NCBI RefSeq assembly: GCF_006345805.1 | Contig: NC_043002.1 | Location: forward strand, 47,492,001 to 47,556,000 | DNA from: Octopus sinensis | Taxonomy: Eukaryota | Direction: 5' to 3' | DNA length: 64,000 bases | Shown: positions 61,220 through 64,000 of the stretch, piece by piece | How the letters are laid out: each line of letters starts with the position of its first letter | How positions within the stretch are numbered: position 1 is the stretch's first letter | Program-made: the position numbers and the translations under genes | Notes under the pieces: generated by a model | Seen by the model: only the letters and a program-made list of their open reading frames with translations | What the model was told of the DNA's origin: nothing | The model's database searches: none

Positions 61220-61606
61220 AAATACACATACATATACATATATAAACATATACATACATATATACATATAAATATTTTTATATACCTATGTGTATATAAA
61301 TATATATTTGTAAGTATATATTCATCATCCTCATCCTTTTAACATCTCCTTTTCCATGATAGTATGGATTAGGCAAAATCTGTTGAAGCAGAGCTTATAT
61401 CGTTGGATGCCCTTCCTATCACCAACCCTCTACTATTTCAAAGCAAGTTACTATTTGATCTTGTCCTTTGAGCATGAACAAACTAATGGCTAGACATTTT
61501 TCTTCCAGAAAATTGTGAATGAATGACTGTGTTTGTATAATAATGACTTCATTTAAAGTATGATACCAGGACAAGGAAACATGACAAAACATACACACAC
61601 ACACTC

Positions 61607-61655
<49 letters not shown>

Positions 61656-61685
61656 TGAATTTCTGTAAATGTATATAGAATAAGG

Positions 61686-61819
61686 TATCAGTTGAATAAA
61701 GTTAAAACATGGTCTGGTTTTCACGTTTTTTATTATGGTATTTAAAAAGTCTTTTTGAAAAAAATACCATAATAAAAAGCGGGAAAACCATACCATGTTT
61801 TAACTTTATTCAACTGATA
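61686..61819. mobile_element. Palindromic MITE-like element (134 bp)
   Basis: tatcagttgaataaagttaaaacatggt..ttattatggtattt versus aaataccataataa..accatgttttaactttattcaactgata. Confidence 0.85.
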
Positions 61820-62583
61820 TATATACATATACACGAACACGTGCACACACACACAGACAAACACACAGACATATGACACTAGCTCAACGTACTATGCTAT
61901 GGGACTAAACATGAAAATATGAGGTGGCAAAGCAAACTTCTTAACCACAGATTCATGCTATATATGTGCTAATGTGCATGTGTATCTCTCTCTCTCTCTC
62001 TCTCCCTCTCTATCTATCTATATATCTATCTATCTGTCCATCTATATATCTATTTATCTATGTACAAATAAATGCCAGAATAAAGCATGTAACATGGTTC
62101 TAGTGTTTATACTCATATATTTGTATTATCAGCTTGACTGAAAGTGTCTCACACAGAAGTGCTTTTTTCATTTCATGAAACTTTAAATAAGACAAATTCG
62201 AGTCAAACTTTCAGTATGTGTGCGCGTACACACACATATAGGTGCACACAGGGGTAACCCTCCACTTTATTGTAGCATAATGTTCATGAAAATCAGGAGT
62301 TTCCTAATGTAAAATAAATTTTCTCAATGACTTCTAAGTTCATTAACCAACTTGTAACATGGAGGTCAATGGAAAATAAGTTTTGCATTCCTATATCATA
62401 AAATTTTCAGGAGCACAAATGCTGATGGCATTTTTCAAACTTTGATTATATAAAGCACCAGGCAAAACTTGAAGTCCCCATTAAAATAAATTTCTAAATA
62501 AATTTGACTCTAATTTTCATACTGAGTATTCTCACAATTTCCTCAAAAGACATACACACATGTATATATGTGTATGCATGTGG

Positions 62584-62627
<44 letters not shown>

Positions 62628-63133
62628 GTATATATATACACATACCTACACATACATTATATATATATATACATCGAGCCACAATGAACCAGTGGTTAGG
62701 GCAGCGGACTTGCAGTTATAATATCACAGTTTTGATTCCCAGACCGAGCACTGTCAGCGTTAACTGAGTGAAAACACCTACAGCTTCATGAGGCTCTGGC
62801 AGTAGGTGGTGGCGAACCCTACTGCACTCTTTCACCACAACTTTCTCTCACTCTTTCTTCCTTTTTCTGTTGTACCTGTATTTCAAAGGGCCAGTCTTGT
62901 CACACTCTGTGTCACACTGAATCTCCCCGAGAACTATGTTAATGGTATATGTGTCTGTGGAATACTCAGCCACTTGCATGTTAATTTCATGAGCAGGCTG
63001 TTCCTTTGATCGGATCAACTGGAACCTTCGTCATCATAACTGACAAAGTGCACAATACGTACATACACACATACACATATACATATGCATACATATATAT
63101 ATATATATATATGTGTGTATGTATATGTGTGGG

Positions 63134-63189
<56 letters not shown>

Positions 63190-64000
63190 CAACCACCCCA
63201 TACACTTATATTTGTACTACATATGTTAAGCATAAACAATAAAGGCGATTATTCTTTATGGAAAATAATTGAATTTTGTATAGATCATTAAATGCTTGTT
63301 TTTTTTCTATCAAGAAATTTTCTAAATTAAATGGCATATTTTAAAAATGTATAAACTGTTTATTTATACAATTTAGTATAATTTAATTTAATAAAACAAT
63401 TTTATTTTAGCTAAGAATACATAAGAAAATGTTAGATAAAGAATCATTTAAGGTTTAGTTTTTATATAGGCATAAAAGCTTAAATTTATAGATTTATAGC
63501 TGATGGGAACTAGAAAGTTAAGGTCATATTTTTCCAAATAATTTTAACAGTGTAAATTAGGTTAAGAATTGAAATTAAGCCATGTGCCTAAAACATTAAT
63601 TAAAAATTAATTATAATTTTGAGAGAATAAATCACTTATGTTTTCTAGTTTTATAAATGATTTATAGGGCTACATTATAAAAAATATAATCATTGCAAGT
63701 TTTTGAGAGTTTAATTTTAGACAACAAATTTGTATCATTAGACAAGAAGATTAAAGCATTAAGCAAGTAGTAATAGCCAGTATTAAAGCTATATTTTAAG
63801 AAAATTGCAGTGATTTCATTGAGAAGATGGTATAATTTTATTTTTAAAAAAATTGAAAGTTTTAGAAAGGAAATTCTAAGAATACAGAGATTGAAGTTTT
63901 AGTGAGAAAACTAGAGGATTAAGTAGACAGAAGAAGGATGTAAGTCAAAGTGAATAAGCAGAAGAGGACATTTATTTGAGCTCAAAGAGCAGAAGATGGA

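Noticed and set aside
15860-63291. Many [22 protein letters not shown] ORFs in the track
   Set aside because: They are translations of (TA)n, (CA)n, (GA)n, (TATC)n and (AAT)n microsatellites and of SINE bodies.

Overview
This is AT-rich animal genomic DNA, rich in microsatellites, SINEs and LINEs. The repeat landscape resembles Octopus/cephalopod genomes as I recall them (inference, not a database result). The only host gene I can support is an agrin-like gene on the minus strand. I reconstructed 14 coding exons by hand from splice sites and reading frame (45360 to 1224; 1905 nt = 635 codons, no internal stop). In order they encode four follistatin/Kazal (FS) domains with a Ser-Gly cluster between the third and fourth, an extra 6-Cys module, the agrin GCC-DN linker, two laminin-EGF domains, another FS domain, a Ser/Thr-rich segment and an EB/EGF-like module. 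The gene is open at both ends, and I found no exon in the last ~18.6 kb. One intron must use a GC donor. The introns hold decayed mariner, hAT-Buster, RTE and R4/Dong-like elements, a complete non-autonomous Helitron, a piggyBac-like MITE, several SINE families and many fold-back elements. The least expected features are minimal hammerhead-ribozyme-like motifs in Penelope-like remnants: an inverted pair bounded by a 13-bp TSD, and a second family with a variant CUGUGGA core. Almost all ORFs in the supplied track are microsatellite or transposon artefacts.
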